Assembly: GCA_017617125.1 (NCBI GenBank)
Contig: JAFZWY010000039.1
Coordinates: 13,145-77,144 of the forward strand
Origin: Bacteroidales bacterium
Lineage (GTDB): Bacteria > Bacteroidota > Bacteroidia > Bacteroidales > ML635J-15
Direction: 5' to 3'
DNA: 64,000 nt
Below are positions 1-10,998 of the stretch, piece after piece; within the stretch, counting starts at the first letter, position 1; each line of letters begins with the position of its first letter. Under the pieces are notes generated by a model. The model ran no database searches. It had not been told where the DNA came from and saw nothing but the letters and a program-made list of their open reading frames with translations. A program made the translations under genes and the position numbers.

Positions 1-1341
1 AAACTGGTAGGCGGTAAAAACAGAATCTCCATCCAGAGCATGACAAACGTGCCTGTTGGCGACATAGATGCTTCGGTCGACCAATGCAAGCAACTTTTCG
101 ACGCAGGAGCCGACATTGTAAGGCTCTCCGTCCCTCGTACGCCCGACATTGACAGTCTGAAACTAGTAAAAAAGCAACTCGAAGCCGACGGATACAAGAA
201 CCCCTTGGTTGCCGACGTGCATTTCAGCGCCCAGATTGCCGAGGAATGTGCCAGAATAGTCGAAAAGGTAAGGATAAACCCAGGCAACTACATCGACAAG
301 CGTGCTAACTTCAAGGAGCTAAACCTCAGCGACTACGAATACAACCTTGAACTTGAGAAAATCCACGACAGACTGGTTCCGCTCATCAAGGTATGCCGCG
401 AACACGGCACCGCAATAAGAATCGGATCGAACCACGGTTCGCTGTCCGACAGGATTTTATCGCGCTACGGCAACACTGCTCGCGGAATGGTCGAAGCAGC
501 AATGGAGTTCATCAGTATTTTCGAAGCCGAAAATTTCCACAACCTCGTAATCTCGATGAAGGCCAGCAACGTAAAAGTCATGACAGAATCGTGCGTGATG
601 CTAAACAAACGGATGATCGAAACCGGACACGTATACCCTCAACACCTCGGTGTTACCGAAGCCGGAGCAGGCACAGATGCAAGAATAAAATCGTGCCTTG
701 GAATTGCCTACCTGCTCAACAAAGGCATTGGCGACACAATAAGGGTTTCGCTGACCGAAAATCCAGTAAACGAGATAACTTTTGCAAAAAAATTCATAGC
801 AGAATTCGGAGAAAAGAAAGCTTATTCGGAACAAAATACTGACACCAACTATGTTGGCTCAGTAAACTTCACACCAAAGTCAGAAGATACCGAAACCGCC
901 ATTTCCGAAACCTGCATTTCGCTAGCCAATAGCCTAATCGACAGAAAGATAACCAACTTACAAATAAACGGCAACATAGCAGGAATCGACAACAAGGATT
1001 TCGTTGCCGACATCATGCAGGCAGCAGGAATCGCTGTCAGCAAGGCCGAATTCATTTCGTGCCCTGGTTGCGGACGCACCAACTACGACTTGGAACGCAT
1101 TTCGGAAGCAGTGAAACGCGAATTTTCGCACCTGAAAGGTCTGAAAATCGCCACTATGGGATGCGTTGTTAACGGTCCTGGCGAGATGGCCGATGCCGAC
1201 TATGGATGCGTTGGCAGCACCAAGGACCACGTGATAATATATAAGGGACAAACGCCTATTATCCGCGACGTTCCGCAGGACGATGCCGTGGAAATGCTAA
1301 GGAAAGTCATTGCCGACAATGGCGACTGGAAGGAAAAGTAA
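1..1341 (+). CDS. ispG: 4-hydroxy-3-methylbut-2-enyl diphosphate synthase (IspG/GcpE), 5' end cut by window edge
   Basis: Frame is open from nt 1 (KLVGGKNRISIQSMTNV). RINPGN and GSNHGS motifs are present, plus the C-terminal Fe-S motif CPGCGRT...GCVVNGPGE. The long internal insert is typical of Bacteroidota IspG. Confidence 0.9.
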   Translation, partial: KLVGGKNRISIQSMTNVPVGDIDASVDQCKQLFDAGADIVRLSVPRTPDIDSLKLVKKQLEADGYKNPLVADVHFSAQIAEECARIVEKVRINPGNYIDKRANFKELNLSDYEYNLELEKIHDRLVPLIKVCREHGTAIRIGSNHGSLSDRILSRYGNTARGMVEAAMEFISIFEAENFHNLVISMKASNVKVMTESCVMLNKRMIETGHVYPQHLGVTEAGAGTDARIKSCLGIAYLLNKGIGDTIRVSLTENPVNEITFAKKFIAEFGEKKAYSEQNTDTNYVGSVNFTPKSEDTETAISETCISLANSLIDRKITNLQINGNIAGIDNKDFVADIMQAAGIAVSKAEFISCPGCGRTNYDLERISEAVKREFSHLKGLKIATMGCVVNGPGEMADADYGCVGSTKDHVIIYKGQTPIIRDVPQDDAVEMLRKVIADNGDWKEK

Positions 1342-1342
1342 G

Positions 1343-2569
1343 ATGAACTCATTGGAACGCGAATTTCACACACAAAACCGTCGAAAATTGCTCGACCCAA
1401 TCGGCAACGGCGATACCGTGATATTATTTTCGGCAAATCCGCAGTCACGCAACGCAAACCAGTTTTTCCGCTACCGCCAAAACTCCGACATATTGTATTA
1501 CAGCGGAATACAGCAGGAAGAAACAATACTTCTGCTACATAAGAAAAATACGAACGAAGCCGAAGAATATGCCTTCATTATCGAACCAACCGAACACATA
1601 AACGTGTGGACAGGCATAAAACTTACCAAAGCCGAAGTCGGCGACATTTCGGGCATAGCCAATGTGGAATACCTCGACCGCTTCGACTGCATTGCCGATG
1701 AAATCATAAATTCGAGCAAAGGCAGAGTATATCTATCCTTCGGCAACAACATACGCAAGGCCGAATACATAAATTTCCGTCAGGAAGCATGGAAGAATGC
1801 TCACAGAGATCTGGAATTCAACGACATCGACCTCATAACCACAACTTTGCGCCTACAAAAATCAGACTATGAAATTGGTTGCATACGCGAAGCCATAAGA
1901 ATAACAAAAAATGCTTTTGCCGAAGTCGCAAAGATTATACGTCCAGGCATTCGTGAATATGAAATAGAAGCCGAATTCTACCAACAAATCCGTGGTTGCG
2001 GATGCGAAGGCTTTGCATATCAGCCTGTGATTTCGTCGGGAAGCAACAACTGCATTCTGCAAAGCATAAACAATCAAGGTATCTGTCACGATGGCGACCT
2101 GCTGATTATGGACGTTGGTGCCGAGTACAAGGGTTATGCCGCCGACATCACTCGCACAATTCCTGTAAACGGCAAATTTTCGCCACGACAACAACAGGTT
2201 TACGACGAAATAATATCGATTCAGCGTCAAATAAAGCAATATTACGTCCCTAGCTCATCTATTGACCGCATACATACCGAATTTGAAAATTTGATGCTCG
2301 AAGCACTGCAAAGGCTTAATTTAGTCACGAAAGACGAAATCGCACATCAGGAATCGATACACGCAACAGTAAAGCGATATTCGCCGCACCTTTGCTCGCA
2401 TTTCATCGGACTCGATGTTCACGATGTGGGCAACCGGCGCACAATATTGCAAAACGGCATGGTGATGAGTTGCGAACCAGCCATATATATTCCCGAGGAA
2501 GGTTTCGGAATAAGAATGGAAACCGATATGCTCGTAGGCGAAAAGCCAATGGATTTGGGAGAAGAATAA
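1343..2569 (+). CDS. Xaa-Pro aminopeptidase, M24B family
   Basis: M24 pita-bread metal-site context (DVGAEYKGYAADITRT, HFIGLDVHD, EPAIYIPEEGFGIRMETD). The ATG at 1343, 1 nt after the ispG stop, is preferred over the track start at 1310. Confidence 0.85.
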   Translation: MNSLEREFHTQNRRKLLDPIGNGDTVILFSANPQSRNANQFFRYRQNSDILYYSGIQQEETILLLHKKNTNEAEEYAFIIEPTEHINVWTGIKLTKAEVGDISGIANVEYLDRFDCIADEIINSSKGRVYLSFGNNIRKAEYINFRQEAWKNAHRDLEFNDIDLITTTLRLQKSDYEIGCIREAIRITKNAFAEVAKIIRPGIREYEIEAEFYQQIRGCGCEGFAYQPVISSGSNNCILQSINNQGICHDGDLLIMDVGAEYKGYAADITRTIPVNGKFSPRQQQVYDEIISIQRQIKQYYVPSSSIDRIHTEFENLMLEALQRLNLVTKDEIAHQESIHATVKRYSPHLCSHFIGLDVHDVGNRRTILQNGMVMSCEPAIYIPEEGFGIRMETDMLVGEKPMDLGEE

Positions 2570-2636
2570 AAAAACTATTGCATAAAACACTCCAAGCAAC
2601 TATCTTTGTCCGACTGAATTTTAAAACAACGCAACA

Positions 2637-3704
2637 ATGATAGTACTGACACTCGATGCTGGCGGAAGCAAATTCGTATTTTCGGCAATAAAAGACGGAA
2701 AATTCATAACCGAACCGAATAAAATCCCATCGAACGGACACGACCTGGACAAATGTCTGCTAGGAATGATTGACGGTTTCAAACAACAGCAGAAAGCCGT
2801 CGGCGAACCGATAGACGCCATCAGTTTCGCATTCCCCGGCCCGGCCAACTACCGAGAAGGCATCATAGGCAACACCGAGAACCTCAAGGGATTCCGCGGC
2901 GGTGTTCCACTGAAGGCCATGCTCGAAAATATCTTCAAGGTGCCAGTATTCATCAACAACGATGGCGACCTCTATACCTACGGAGAATCGCTTGCTGGCT
3001 CACTCCCGCTCATCAATGCACAGCTTCAAAAGGCAGGAAACAAGATGCAATACCGCAATGTCGTCGGTCTGACCATCGGCTCAGGCTTCGGCGGAGGTTT
3101 TGTACACGACAAGGTGCTGATTACCGGCGACAACGTCACCGCCTGCGAAATATGGAAAATGTCGAACCGTCTCGACCCCGACCGCAACTGCGAAGAACTA
3201 ATCGCAATACGTTCGCTACGGAGATTCTACTCCGAATTTGCAAAGATTCCGTTCGACGACACTCCTATGCCACGCGAAATATACCTCATCGGTATGGGTA
3301 AGGAAAAGGGCAACAAGACTGCTGCCAAAAAAGCCTTCTTCCGTATGGGCGAATGCCTTGGCGATGCAGTAGCAAACATGATAACCCTGTTTGATGGCAT
3401 TGTAGTAATCGGTGGCGGTGTTTCTGGGGCTCGCGAACTCATAATCCCTGGTGTAGAAAAGGAACTGCAACACAAATTTGCAACACTCTCGCGCGTTACA
3501 CAGAACGTTTATTGCCTCAACAAGCCCGAACAGCTAGCCGAATTTGTGAAGCCAGAAAGCAAGACACTGAAAGTGCCGCTGTCGGACAAGACCGTGGAAT
3601 ACTCGTATATGCCCAAGTGCGGTTATGTTTTCTCATCATTCGATACCAGCATGATGATAAACATCGGTGCCTACCACTTTGCAAAGGAAATGCTGAAAAA
3701 ATAG
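2637..3704 (+). CDS. ROK-family sugar kinase (glucokinase-like)
   Basis: N-terminal LTLDAGGSKF ATPase phosphate-1 motif. The glycine-rich GLTIGSGFGGGFV segment resembles the ROK signature. Confidence 0.65.
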   Translation: MIVLTLDAGGSKFVFSAIKDGKFITEPNKIPSNGHDLDKCLLGMIDGFKQQQKAVGEPIDAISFAFPGPANYREGIIGNTENLKGFRGGVPLKAMLENIFKVPVFINNDGDLYTYGESLAGSLPLINAQLQKAGNKMQYRNVVGLTIGSGFGGGFVHDKVLITGDNVTACEIWKMSNRLDPDRNCEELIAIRSLRRFYSEFAKIPFDDTPMPREIYLIGMGKEKGNKTAAKKAFFRMGECLGDAVANMITLFDGIVVIGGGVSGARELIIPGVEKELQHKFATLSRVTQNVYCLNKPEQLAEFVKPESKTLKVPLSDKTVEYSYMPKCGYVFSSFDTSMMINIGAYHFAKEMLKK

Positions 3705-3706
3705 GA

Positions 3707-4327
3707 TTATACTATACAATTGGCCAGATATTCTCTGCTTTCGGGACCGACATTGAAAATCAAGTCGAGAATACTAAGATTTGGCACAAATTCGAATCTG
3801 TCGCAGAAAACCTGAGTATATGGCTTTGCTGCAAATGTCTCATCCAGACGATTTTTTGAAGGCTTTGGACTTATGCTTTCGCGGAAATCGGCATAATCGG
3901 CTGAATCGAAAATATAATCAGCTGTGTACGAATAATCCGCATCTATCTTAAGCACCGAGAATAGCGCTTGTAGTACATTTTCATTCAAGTCGATAAGAAA
4001 ATTCTCCTTTTTCTCGAAAAAGCGTTCAAATTTGTAAAAATAGTAATCGTAAAAGGCAGAATTCTTGTATGCCGACTTCAAGGCTGTAAGATGGTTGCGC
4101 TGCCACATTTCCGAATAGTCGATGCGAATGTCCTTGGTCAAGGTGTGATAATTCTTCTGCACCGGCACCGACAATGGCAAAACGCCGTTTGCGCTCAATA
4201 TGTTACAACGATTACGATAAGTCTGCTTGGGATAGGTCTCGTACTTCTCGATCACAACATTCCCAGCAAGAAACTTGCTCATGTACTGTACATTGGGAAA
4301 GAAAGCCGTTGAAAGTAATGCAGTCAT
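3707..4327 (-). CDS. WbqC-family protein
   Basis: N-terminus is FFPNVQYMSKF...YPKQTYRNRCNI, as in WbqC-like proteins. It sits in the conserved position downstream of lepB in Bacteroidota. Confidence 0.7.
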   Translation of the reverse strand: MTALLSTAFFPNVQYMSKFLAGNVVIEKYETYPKQTYRNRCNILSANGVLPLSVPVQKNYHTLTKDIRIDYSEMWQRNHLTALKSAYKNSAFYDYYFYKFERFFEKKENFLIDLNENVLQALFSVLKIDADYSYTADYIFDSADYADFRESISPKPSKNRLDETFAAKPYTQVFCDRFEFVPNLSILDLIFNVGPESREYLANCIV

Positions 4328-5176
4328 CTACCGTATAACCTTTCCTATGATATATTCTGCAGGAATCGGACCGTACATACGCGAATCGCGCTTGTAGGTA
4401 CGGTCGTCGTTGAGAATAAAATAGTAATTCTTCTGTGGGACAAACTCGCTGACTTCCTGCTGGTTTATGCGCACATGGTATGTATCCGACTGAAAATCTT
4501 TGCCTTCAAAAAGAGTTATTATGTTTTTGTATATCGGCGCAATGCGTGGATGGAGGTTCAAAGTATCGCCTGATTTGGGCAGATACATTGGGCCGAAATT
4601 GTCCATATTCCAAGCGAAAAAGTCACTCGACGGAAAAACATCCACATCCTTCCAGTCGTTGCGAGCTATTATCTTACGACACGATGAGAACTGCTTCTCC
4701 GAAGACTTGATCTTTTCAAACTCTGTTTCTGTGCATACGAATTCACAAGCTTTACCGTCGTTGAGCACATCACCAATCCTGACATCGTACTTTGAAAGTA
4801 TAGCTAGGAAATCGACCTTCACGGAATCAACCGATGCGCGATATCTGCTATAAGTTGCGTAATCTTCCTTAACTTCCTCGTTGTTCCTATACAAAACGCC
4901 ATCGTCAATGAGAACAATGTCGCCAGGGACACCAACAACCCTCGAAACATATACATCGCGAGACGAAAGCTTGGTGTCGAATTCAAGCGGATACCTGTAT
5001 GCTACCACATCACCAATTTCTATAGAACTCGTCTTGCGGACAAATACGCTCGATTCGCTTCCATCGGCACACTTCACGCTATAGAAGCCAAACATCAGCC
5101 AGTAGACAACGCCTCCGGCAATTATGGCGACAATAATTATTGCTATTAATATCCTTTTAATCTTCATTGTGTACAA
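4328..5176 (-). CDS. lepB: signal peptidase I (S26), second divergent copy
   Basis: N-terminal TM helix and C-terminal S26 box ([25 protein letters not shown]). Overlaps the upstream lepB by 20 nt. Confidence 0.7.
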   Translation of the reverse strand: MYTMKIKRILIAIIIVAIIAGGVVYWLMFGFYSVKCADGSESSVFVRKTSSIEIGDVVAYRYPLEFDTKLSSRDVYVSRVVGVPGDIVLIDDGVLYRNNEEVKEDYATYSRYRASVDSVKVDFLAILSKYDVRIGDVLNDGKACEFVCTETEFEKIKSSEKQFSSCRKIIARNDWKDVDVFPSSDFFAWNMDNFGPMYLPKSGDTLNLHPRIAPIYKNIITLFEGKDFQSDTYHVRINQQEVSEFVPQKNYYFILNDDRTYKRDSRMYGPIPAEYIIGKVIR

Positions 5177-6884
5177 TCTTTCCTATCCTACTCCAACGGA
5201 TTCCTCCGTATTCCTTATCAACCGACAACCAGATGAGCCAAGCCTTGCCGACAATATGGTCTTCGGGGACAAAACCCCAGTAGCGGGAGTCGGCTGAATT
5301 GTGGCGATTATCACCCATCATCCAGTAGTAGTTCATCTTAAAGGTATATTCGGTTGCGGGCTGACCGTTTATATATGCCTTGCCGTCCTTCACTTCGAGA
5401 GTATTTCCCTCATAGTAACCAATTACGCGACCATAAAGGATGAGGTTTTCCTCAGTAAGCAGAATCTTGTCGCCAGCCTTCGGTATGTACAGAGGCCCGA
5501 ACCAGTCGACATTCCACGGGAACTTCTCGCTGTGCGGGAAAATGCGGAAACTATCGTCGCCAGTAAATCCCTTTGCAACGGTATTCTTCTCAATCGACTC
5601 CACAAACGACATTGTCTTGAACTTCTCGAAATTCTCGGCTGTCAACGGTACAATCTTGTAGTTTATACTGTCGGTATGCAAATCGTAGATATCGGAACCG
5701 TTTATTTCGTTCTTGCGCAATACCTTTTCAGGAATATTGGCCGTATTGATAGTAAGACGATAGTTGAACTGCTTGGTAGGGATTTCCTTCTGTGGCTTTC
5801 CGTTTACAAACACTTCACCGTCGCGAACTTCCAAGGTATCGCCAGCGATAGCCACACAACGCTTGATGTAGTTTTCGCGCTTATCGACTGGACGCACGGT
5901 AATATCGTACATGTCCCACACAATCTGACGGGCAAGACGGGAATACTTGTCCATGTCGGAAATTGCAGGATTCTCCTTTGCAAGCTTAGTCTCATTCTCG
6001 CGCAACTTAGCCGAAGCTTCGTTTACAAACGAATTTGTGTGCGCAATATTCGTTGCCGGATTGAACAGCGAATATGCAAGATTCATGTAATAGTCGTTTG
6101 TTTTCTGCGATACATTTCCGACCAGGATTTTCTTGTTCATCATTGTCGAATACTGCAAATCGAAATCGGCCATACGGTACTGCATTATGCGCACGATGTC
6201 GTAGTAGTCCTGTGCAGGAATCTGCAGGACTACAGTATCGCCGGTCGGATAGTTGAACACAACCATATCGTCGCGCTTGATGTCGCCCCAGCCTGTCATG
6301 CGACGGTATTCGTTCTGTATCCATGTCACATACGAAGGTGTACTCTGCGTAAACGGCAAAGTGTGGTGTACAAACGGGAACGAAATCGGAGTCATCGGCA
6401 CGCGCGGTCCGTAAGCCGTCTTGCTGACGAAGAGGTAGTCGCCTACCTGCAAGGTCTTTTCCATCGACGAGGTCGGAATTGTAAACGCCTCGAAGAAGAA
6501 AATCCTGATGAACGAAGCTGCAATCACAGCGAATATCAATGCGTCAACCCATTCCAGTGTCTTACGCTTTGCCTTCGAGCAGTTTTCGGGATTCTTCGGT
6601 TTCCAGAATGCCCAACGTACGAATTTTGTGATGTAAATATCAATTATCAGCAGTTCGCCGAGCAAAAACCAATAATTTCCAAGCCAAATCACCCAGCCTA
6701 TGTAGAAGATTGTCCACGCTGCGAACCATATCCAGTTGCGACGCGAAGGCATCTCGATGAACTTTTCACATTTGCCGAGTTTTAAAGTACAACCCTTTTT
6801 CGGCTCATTGTTTGGCTTGTTGACAGCCACATTTTCAGTATTTTTTTTCTTTCCGAACATATTCTTATAATCCAAGTAAATCAT
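5157..6884 (-). CDS. lepB: signal peptidase I (S26), long Bacteroidota type
   Basis: Catalytic Ser region ([20 protein letters not shown]) and [25 protein letters not shown] box. An alternative start at 6860 would remove the overlap with dapB. Confidence 0.85.
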   Translation of the reverse strand: MIYLDYKNMFGKKKNTENVAVNKPNNEPKKGCTLKLGKCEKFIEMPSRRNWIWFAAWTIFYIGWVIWLGNYWFLLGELLIIDIYITKFVRWAFWKPKNPENCSKAKRKTLEWVDALIFAVIAASFIRIFFFEAFTIPTSSMEKTLQVGDYLFVSKTAYGPRVPMTPISFPFVHHTLPFTQSTPSYVTWIQNEYRRMTGWGDIKRDDMVVFNYPTGDTVVLQIPAQDYYDIVRIMQYRMADFDLQYSTMMNKKILVGNVSQKTNDYYMNLAYSLFNPATNIAHTNSFVNEASAKLRENETKLAKENPAISDMDKYSRLARQIVWDMYDITVRPVDKRENYIKRCVAIAGDTLEVRDGEVFVNGKPQKEIPTKQFNYRLTINTANIPEKVLRKNEINGSDIYDLHTDSINYKIVPLTAENFEKFKTMSFVESIEKNTVAKGFTGDDSFRIFPHSEKFPWNVDWFGPLYIPKAGDKILLTEENLILYGRVIGYYEGNTLEVKDGKAYINGQPATEYTFKMNYYWMMGDNRHNSADSRYWGFVPEDHIVGKAWLIWLSVDKEYGGIRWSRIGKIVHNED

Positions 6885-7578
6885 TCATTGTAAACATACC
6901 GCACTTTCCTGCTAGAAATTCAGCAGCAAGAACTGCGCCATTTGCCAATCCGCGACGGCTTTTTGCTGAATGTGCGATTGTGATATCATCGTACTCGCTA
7001 GACCACAGCACGCTATGGTCACCGAAAACCTCTCCTTCCCTAAACGAATCTATTTCCAAAATATTGTCAGCCCCCTCATCGAGTTTCCAATCCGAATAAC
7101 GAGGATTGTTTTCGATGATGCCTTTGGCTAGCGTTATTGCAGTGCCGCTAGGCTTGTCGAGTTTGTGGATATGGTGAGTCTCTTCAATATGAGCCGAATA
7201 TTGCGGATATCTAGCCAATTTCTGAGCTAACATGCGGTTTACTGCCATAAAAATGTTCATTCCGACGCTATAGTTCGACGAATAGAAGAATGCTGACGAA
7301 TTTTCGCGGCACAACTTTTCCATCTCGGCGGCATCGAAAGTCCAGCCTGTAGTGCCCGACACAACGCGCAAACCGCCCTTCACGCAAGCCATAACGTTCT
7401 GTTCGGCAGTTTTTGGTGTCGAAAACTCGATAGCCACATCACCTAGCGAAGCAATATTACCACATGAGCAAATATCGCGATCTATATCAAAGATTTCGGA
7501 GATTCGGTGCCCATGTTCTAGAGCCACACGCTCAATCTCCTTACCCATCTTTCCGTATCCAATAAGAACAATATTCAT
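6865..7578 (-). CDS. dapB: 4-hydroxy-tetrahydrodipicolinate reductase
   Basis: [13 protein letters not shown] Rossmann start and [16 protein letters not shown] DapB signature. The start is trimmed to the ATG at 7578 because the track extension has no support. Confidence 0.9.
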   Translation of the reverse strand: MNIVLIGYGKMGKEIERVALEHGHRISEIFDIDRDICSCGNIASLGDVAIEFSTPKTAEQNVMACVKGGLRVVSGTTGWTFDAAEMEKLCRENSSAFFYSSNYSVGMNIFMAVNRMLAQKLARYPQYSAHIEETHHIHKLDKPSGTAITLAKGIIENNPRYSDWKLDEGADNILEIDSFREGEVFGDHSVLWSSEYDDITIAHSAKSRRGLANGAVLAAEFLAGKCGMFTMNDLLGL

Positions 7579-7672
7579 TATATAAATCCTTGCTATAAAA
7601 AGTTGCAAAGTTAGCAAATTCCCGAACAAAAACAAAACAGCATTTTTTTGCATAAAAAACAAAAATATACAC

Positions 7673-7680
7673 TACTTTTG
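7673..7680 (+). promoter_or_regulatory. Bacteroidota -7 promoter box (TACTTTTG) for the riboswitch-led transcript
   Basis: Exact TAnnTTTG match a few nt upstream of the riboswitch 5' end. Confidence 0.6.
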
Positions 7681-7685
7681 CGGCG

Positions 7686-7836
7686 GATTCAGGTTTCCGA
7701 GGAATTAATAGGGAATCTTGTGAAAATCAAGAGCTATACCCGTAGCTGTAAGTTCAGGAAACGACTTTTCGCACTAAGTCACTGGCAATGTCCGGGAAGA
7801 CGCGTAAAGTTTGAACGAGCCAGAAGACCTGCCTGT
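7686..7836 (+). promoter_or_regulatory. cobalamin (B12) riboswitch
   Basis: Conserved core strings are AATAGGGAA, GTGAAAATC, GCTATACCCGTAGCTGTAAG, GTCACTGG and GGGAAGAC, plus the B12 box GAGCCAGAAGACCTGCC, all in the canonical order. Confidence 0.8.
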
Positions 7837-7949
7837 TTTCCATAATCGCAGCCTTCGGGATTAAGGGCGTGGTGATAAAGTTTCGTAACCATAAATGTGC
7901 TGTATTCCGGCCGCTGCAAATTATTATGTATGATTAAAATTATGTTCTA

Positions 7950-9272
7950 ATGAAGAAGAAAAGTTATAGTGCAGTGACAGCGGAAGAAGCCGTAAAGGTG
8001 ATTAAGTCGGGGGACCATGTTCACATTAGTTCTGTATCAAATGTTCCACAATGCCTAATAAAAGCAATGTGCGACCGCGGCCGCAACGGGGAACTCAAAA
8101 ATGTATATATCCACCATCTACATACCGAAGGTGCAGCTCCATACGTAAATCCCGAATTCGAAGGGATTTTCCAGCACAATGCGTTTTTTGTGGGCGCAAA
8201 TGTAAGGGAAAGCGTCCAGAAAGGACTTGCCGACTACATTCCGGTATTCCTCGGTGAAACATCGAAACTTTACCGAGAACGCTACATAAAGTGCAATGTG
8301 GCAATGATTCAGGTTTGTCCACCCGACAAGTTCGGATACGTATCGCTCGGCACATCGGTAGATGCTACTCTTGCCGCCATGGAATGCGCCGAATTTACCA
8401 TCGCCGTTGTAAACAAGAATGTTCCGCGCTCGCTTGGCGATTCGCTGATACACATAAGCAATATCGACTACATAGTAGAAGACGACAGCCCGCTGCTGAC
8501 CGTCGATTTTGCAAAACCTACCGAAATTGAACGTACCATCGGCCGCTATTGTGCCGAACTTATCGAAGACGGTGCCTGCCTGCAAATGGGTATAGGATCC
8601 ATTCCGAACGCAATACTTTCGTGCCTTGGCAACCACAAGGACATTGGCATTCATACCGAAATGTTTTCCGATGGAATACTGCCTTTGATAAAAAAAGGCA
8701 TAATAACCGGTGCAAAAAAGCGTCTCGACAAGGGCAAGATTGTTTCGACTTTCGTAATGGGCTCACAGAAAATATACAATTTCATCGACAGCAACCCTAT
8801 GGTACTGATGAAAGATGTGGAATACACCAACGATCCGTTCATAATAGCGCAGCAACCTAAAATGACTTCGATAAACTCGGCCATTCAGGTTGACCTGTCG
8901 GGGCAGGTATGCGCCGACTCGCTTGGCGACAAGATCTATTCGGGTGTAGGCGGACAAATCGACTTCGTTTACGGCTCTACCCGAGCCAAAGGCGGAAAAG
9001 CAATCATCGCCATGCCTTCGACAACAAAACGTGGAATAAACAAGATTGTCCCGGCCCTCGACCTCGGTTCGGGAGCTGTAACTACAAGAAACCATATACA
9101 CTGGTTCATAACCGAATACGGTGCAGTAAACCTATATGGAAAGTCGCTGCAGGAAAGGGCGAAACTGATAATTTCAATCGCAAATCCAAAATTTCAGGAG
9201 GAACTCGAAGAGGCCGCATTCAAGCGCTTTGGACCACATTATCACTATATTTGTAGAAACAATGTAATTTAA
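7950..9272 (+). CDS. acetyl-CoA hydrolase/transferase family protein (4-hydroxybutyrate / butyryl-CoA:acetate CoA-transferase-like)
   Basis: About 440 aa. Family-typical N-terminus (AEEAVKVIKSGDHV) with LQMGIGSIPNA and SGVGGQIDF motifs. Confidence 0.85.
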   Translation: MKKKSYSAVTAEEAVKVIKSGDHVHISSVSNVPQCLIKAMCDRGRNGELKNVYIHHLHTEGAAPYVNPEFEGIFQHNAFFVGANVRESVQKGLADYIPVFLGETSKLYRERYIKCNVAMIQVCPPDKFGYVSLGTSVDATLAAMECAEFTIAVVNKNVPRSLGDSLIHISNIDYIVEDDSPLLTVDFAKPTEIERTIGRYCAELIEDGACLQMGIGSIPNAILSCLGNHKDIGIHTEMFSDGILPLIKKGIITGAKKRLDKGKIVSTFVMGSQKIYNFIDSNPMVLMKDVEYTNDPFIIAQQPKMTSINSAIQVDLSGQVCADSLGDKIYSGVGGQIDFVYGSTRAKGGKAIIAMPSTTKRGINKIVPALDLGSGAVTTRNHIHWFITEYGAVNLYGKSLQERAKLIISIANPKFQEELEEAAFKRFGPHYHYICRNNVI

Positions 9273-9292
9273 GTAATAAAAAAAATAAAGTT

Positions 9293-9574
9293 ATGGCAAA
9301 TTTTAGCATCTGGGAAGTACTTTTTCTGCTGTGTTTTGCAGTAAGCTGGCCAGTTTCAATCGCAAAGTCGCTGCGCACAAAAGTAGTAATAGGCAAAAGC
9401 CCGCTCTTTATGTCGCTTATTATATTAGGCTACATCTTCGGTATTATTCATAAATCATTGTATAGCAACGATATCGTAATATGGCTTTATGTCTTCAACG
9501 CGGTTTTGGTATCATTCGACCTTGTATTGTACTTTATGTACATAGGCAAGAATCGCCGCGAATTGAAACGATAA
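9293..9574 (+). CDS. small three-helix membrane protein, PQ-loop/SemiSWEET-like (tentative)
   Basis: 93 aa with three hydrophobic helices and a basic loop after helix 1 (WPVSIAKSLRTK), which resembles PQ-loop topology. Lies 20 nt downstream of the CoA-transferase. Confidence 0.45.
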   Translation: MANFSIWEVLFLLCFAVSWPVSIAKSLRTKVVIGKSPLFMSLIILGYIFGIIHKSLYSNDIVIWLYVFNAVLVSFDLVLYFMYIGKNRRELKR

Positions 9575-9598
9575 TAATAACACAACTTCAGTATAGCT

Positions 9599-10219
9599 AT
9601 GGAACAAATCTGGCAATTTTTCGGACAATTTGACTTCATTGAGGTTTTCAGCTCGTTCATCGTGATGTTTGCAATCATCGACATCTTGGGTTCGATACCA
9701 ATATTTCTAAGTCTCAAGGAAGGCGGAAAACCCATCAAGGCGATGCAAGCCTGTCTTACGGCGCTGGGTCTGTTCCTCGCTTTTTTCTTCGCTGGTGACG
9801 CCCTGTTGAAATTATTCGGCATCGACAAGGCATCGTTTGCTGTTGCCGGCTCGTTCGTGCTGTTCGTACTTGCTGTCGAAATGATTCTGGGCCGCGAAAT
9901 CATCAAGAACGAAAACCTTGGAAGCGGAGCAAGCATTGTTCCAGTGGCATTTCCTCTTATTGCTGGTCCTGGCGCACTCACAGCATTGCTGTCGCTTCGA
10001 GCCGAATATGCAGTGCTCAACATCATTATCGGTCTGCTGCTTAACCTTGCACTCGACTATTTGGTCATCCGCCTGCTCGACAAGGTGAAAAATCTACTCG
10101 GCGCAAACCTTATCTTCATCATCCGTAAGTTCTTCGGTGTAATTTTGCTTGCAATCGCAGTAAATATGTTCGTAAACAATATTTATGTGATAATTGCAAA
10201 TGTTCCGACAATAAACTAG
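9599..10219 (+). CDS. MarC-family (UPF0056) membrane protein
   Basis: Six TM segments. N-terminal FAIIDILGSIPIFLSL and central AFPLIAGPGA motifs are typical of MarC. Confidence 0.85.
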   Translation: MEQIWQFFGQFDFIEVFSSFIVMFAIIDILGSIPIFLSLKEGGKPIKAMQACLTALGLFLAFFFAGDALLKLFGIDKASFAVAGSFVLFVLAVEMILGREIIKNENLGSGASIVPVAFPLIAGPGALTALLSLRAEYAVLNIIIGLLLNLALDYLVIRLLDKVKNLLGANLIFIIRKFFGVILLAIAVNMFVNNIYVIIANVPTIN

Positions 10220-10241
10220 GGTCACCACAAGAAGCAAGGAA

Positions 10242-10781
10242 ATGAACAAATACATACTTTTTGCAATTGGCGTCGTATTCCTGTCTTCCTGTACTTTTTA
10301 TGGAATTACAAACGACTATGACAAACTGGCCGAAAAAGATCAAAAGAAAATCATCAAACTGAATGATTTCAATGATATTGCCTACGGAAACATATATGAA
10401 TTGAATGCAGAATTGCTAAAAAAGGAACTTGACAAATATCCCAAATCCATAGTTTATGTTTTCACAAATGGCTGTAGTTCAAATTCCTGCAAACCATTAT
10501 CATATTATAAAACATATGCCGAAGGTCATGGTTATAAATTATTTTTTGTAATGAATGGCTACGCCAATTTATATAAGACTTTAGACCAAGATACTAGTTT
10601 GGTATTTTTTTCAATCGATGCCGACTACTACAAAGAAAGGATAAGGTCGAAATATACAAGATACTTTGAAAACGAACTTATGGAATTGCCTGTCAAGACA
10701 AAGCATAAAGAATACCTAGGAAGCATTTTCTTTTTCGAAAATGGAAGATTCGTAAAGGTATGCCAAGATTTTGATGAATAA
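10242..10781 (+). CDS. hypothetical lipoprotein
   Basis: Lipobox (FLSSC). AT-rich coding sequence. CSSNSC motif. No family recognised. Confidence 0.55.
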   Translation: MNKYILFAIGVVFLSSCTFYGITNDYDKLAEKDQKKIIKLNDFNDIAYGNIYELNAELLKKELDKYPKSIVYVFTNGCSSNSCKPLSYYKTYAEGHGYKLFFVMNGYANLYKTLDQDTSLVFFSIDADYYKERIRSKYTRYFENELMELPVKTKHKEYLGSIFFFENGRFVKVCQDFDE

Positions 10782-10888
10782 TCGGTAGCCTTGCGCCATG
10801 ACACGACGCTACAATATAAATCAAAACGCAAAAAATATTTTTGCATATCCGAAAAAAGATATACTTTTGCACCACTTATTTATTAAGT

Positions 10889-10961
<73 letters not shown>

Positions 10962-10998
10962 CTTTTTTTATTTTTAGTCAAGACTAACGAAATAGAAT

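Noticed and set aside
5301-6785. 494-aa ORF on the plus strand
   Set aside because: It is entirely antisense to the well-supported signal peptidase I gene. Its composition is low-complexity, Arg/Cys/His-rich 'shadow' sequence with no motifs, and no TAnnTTTG box lies upstream.
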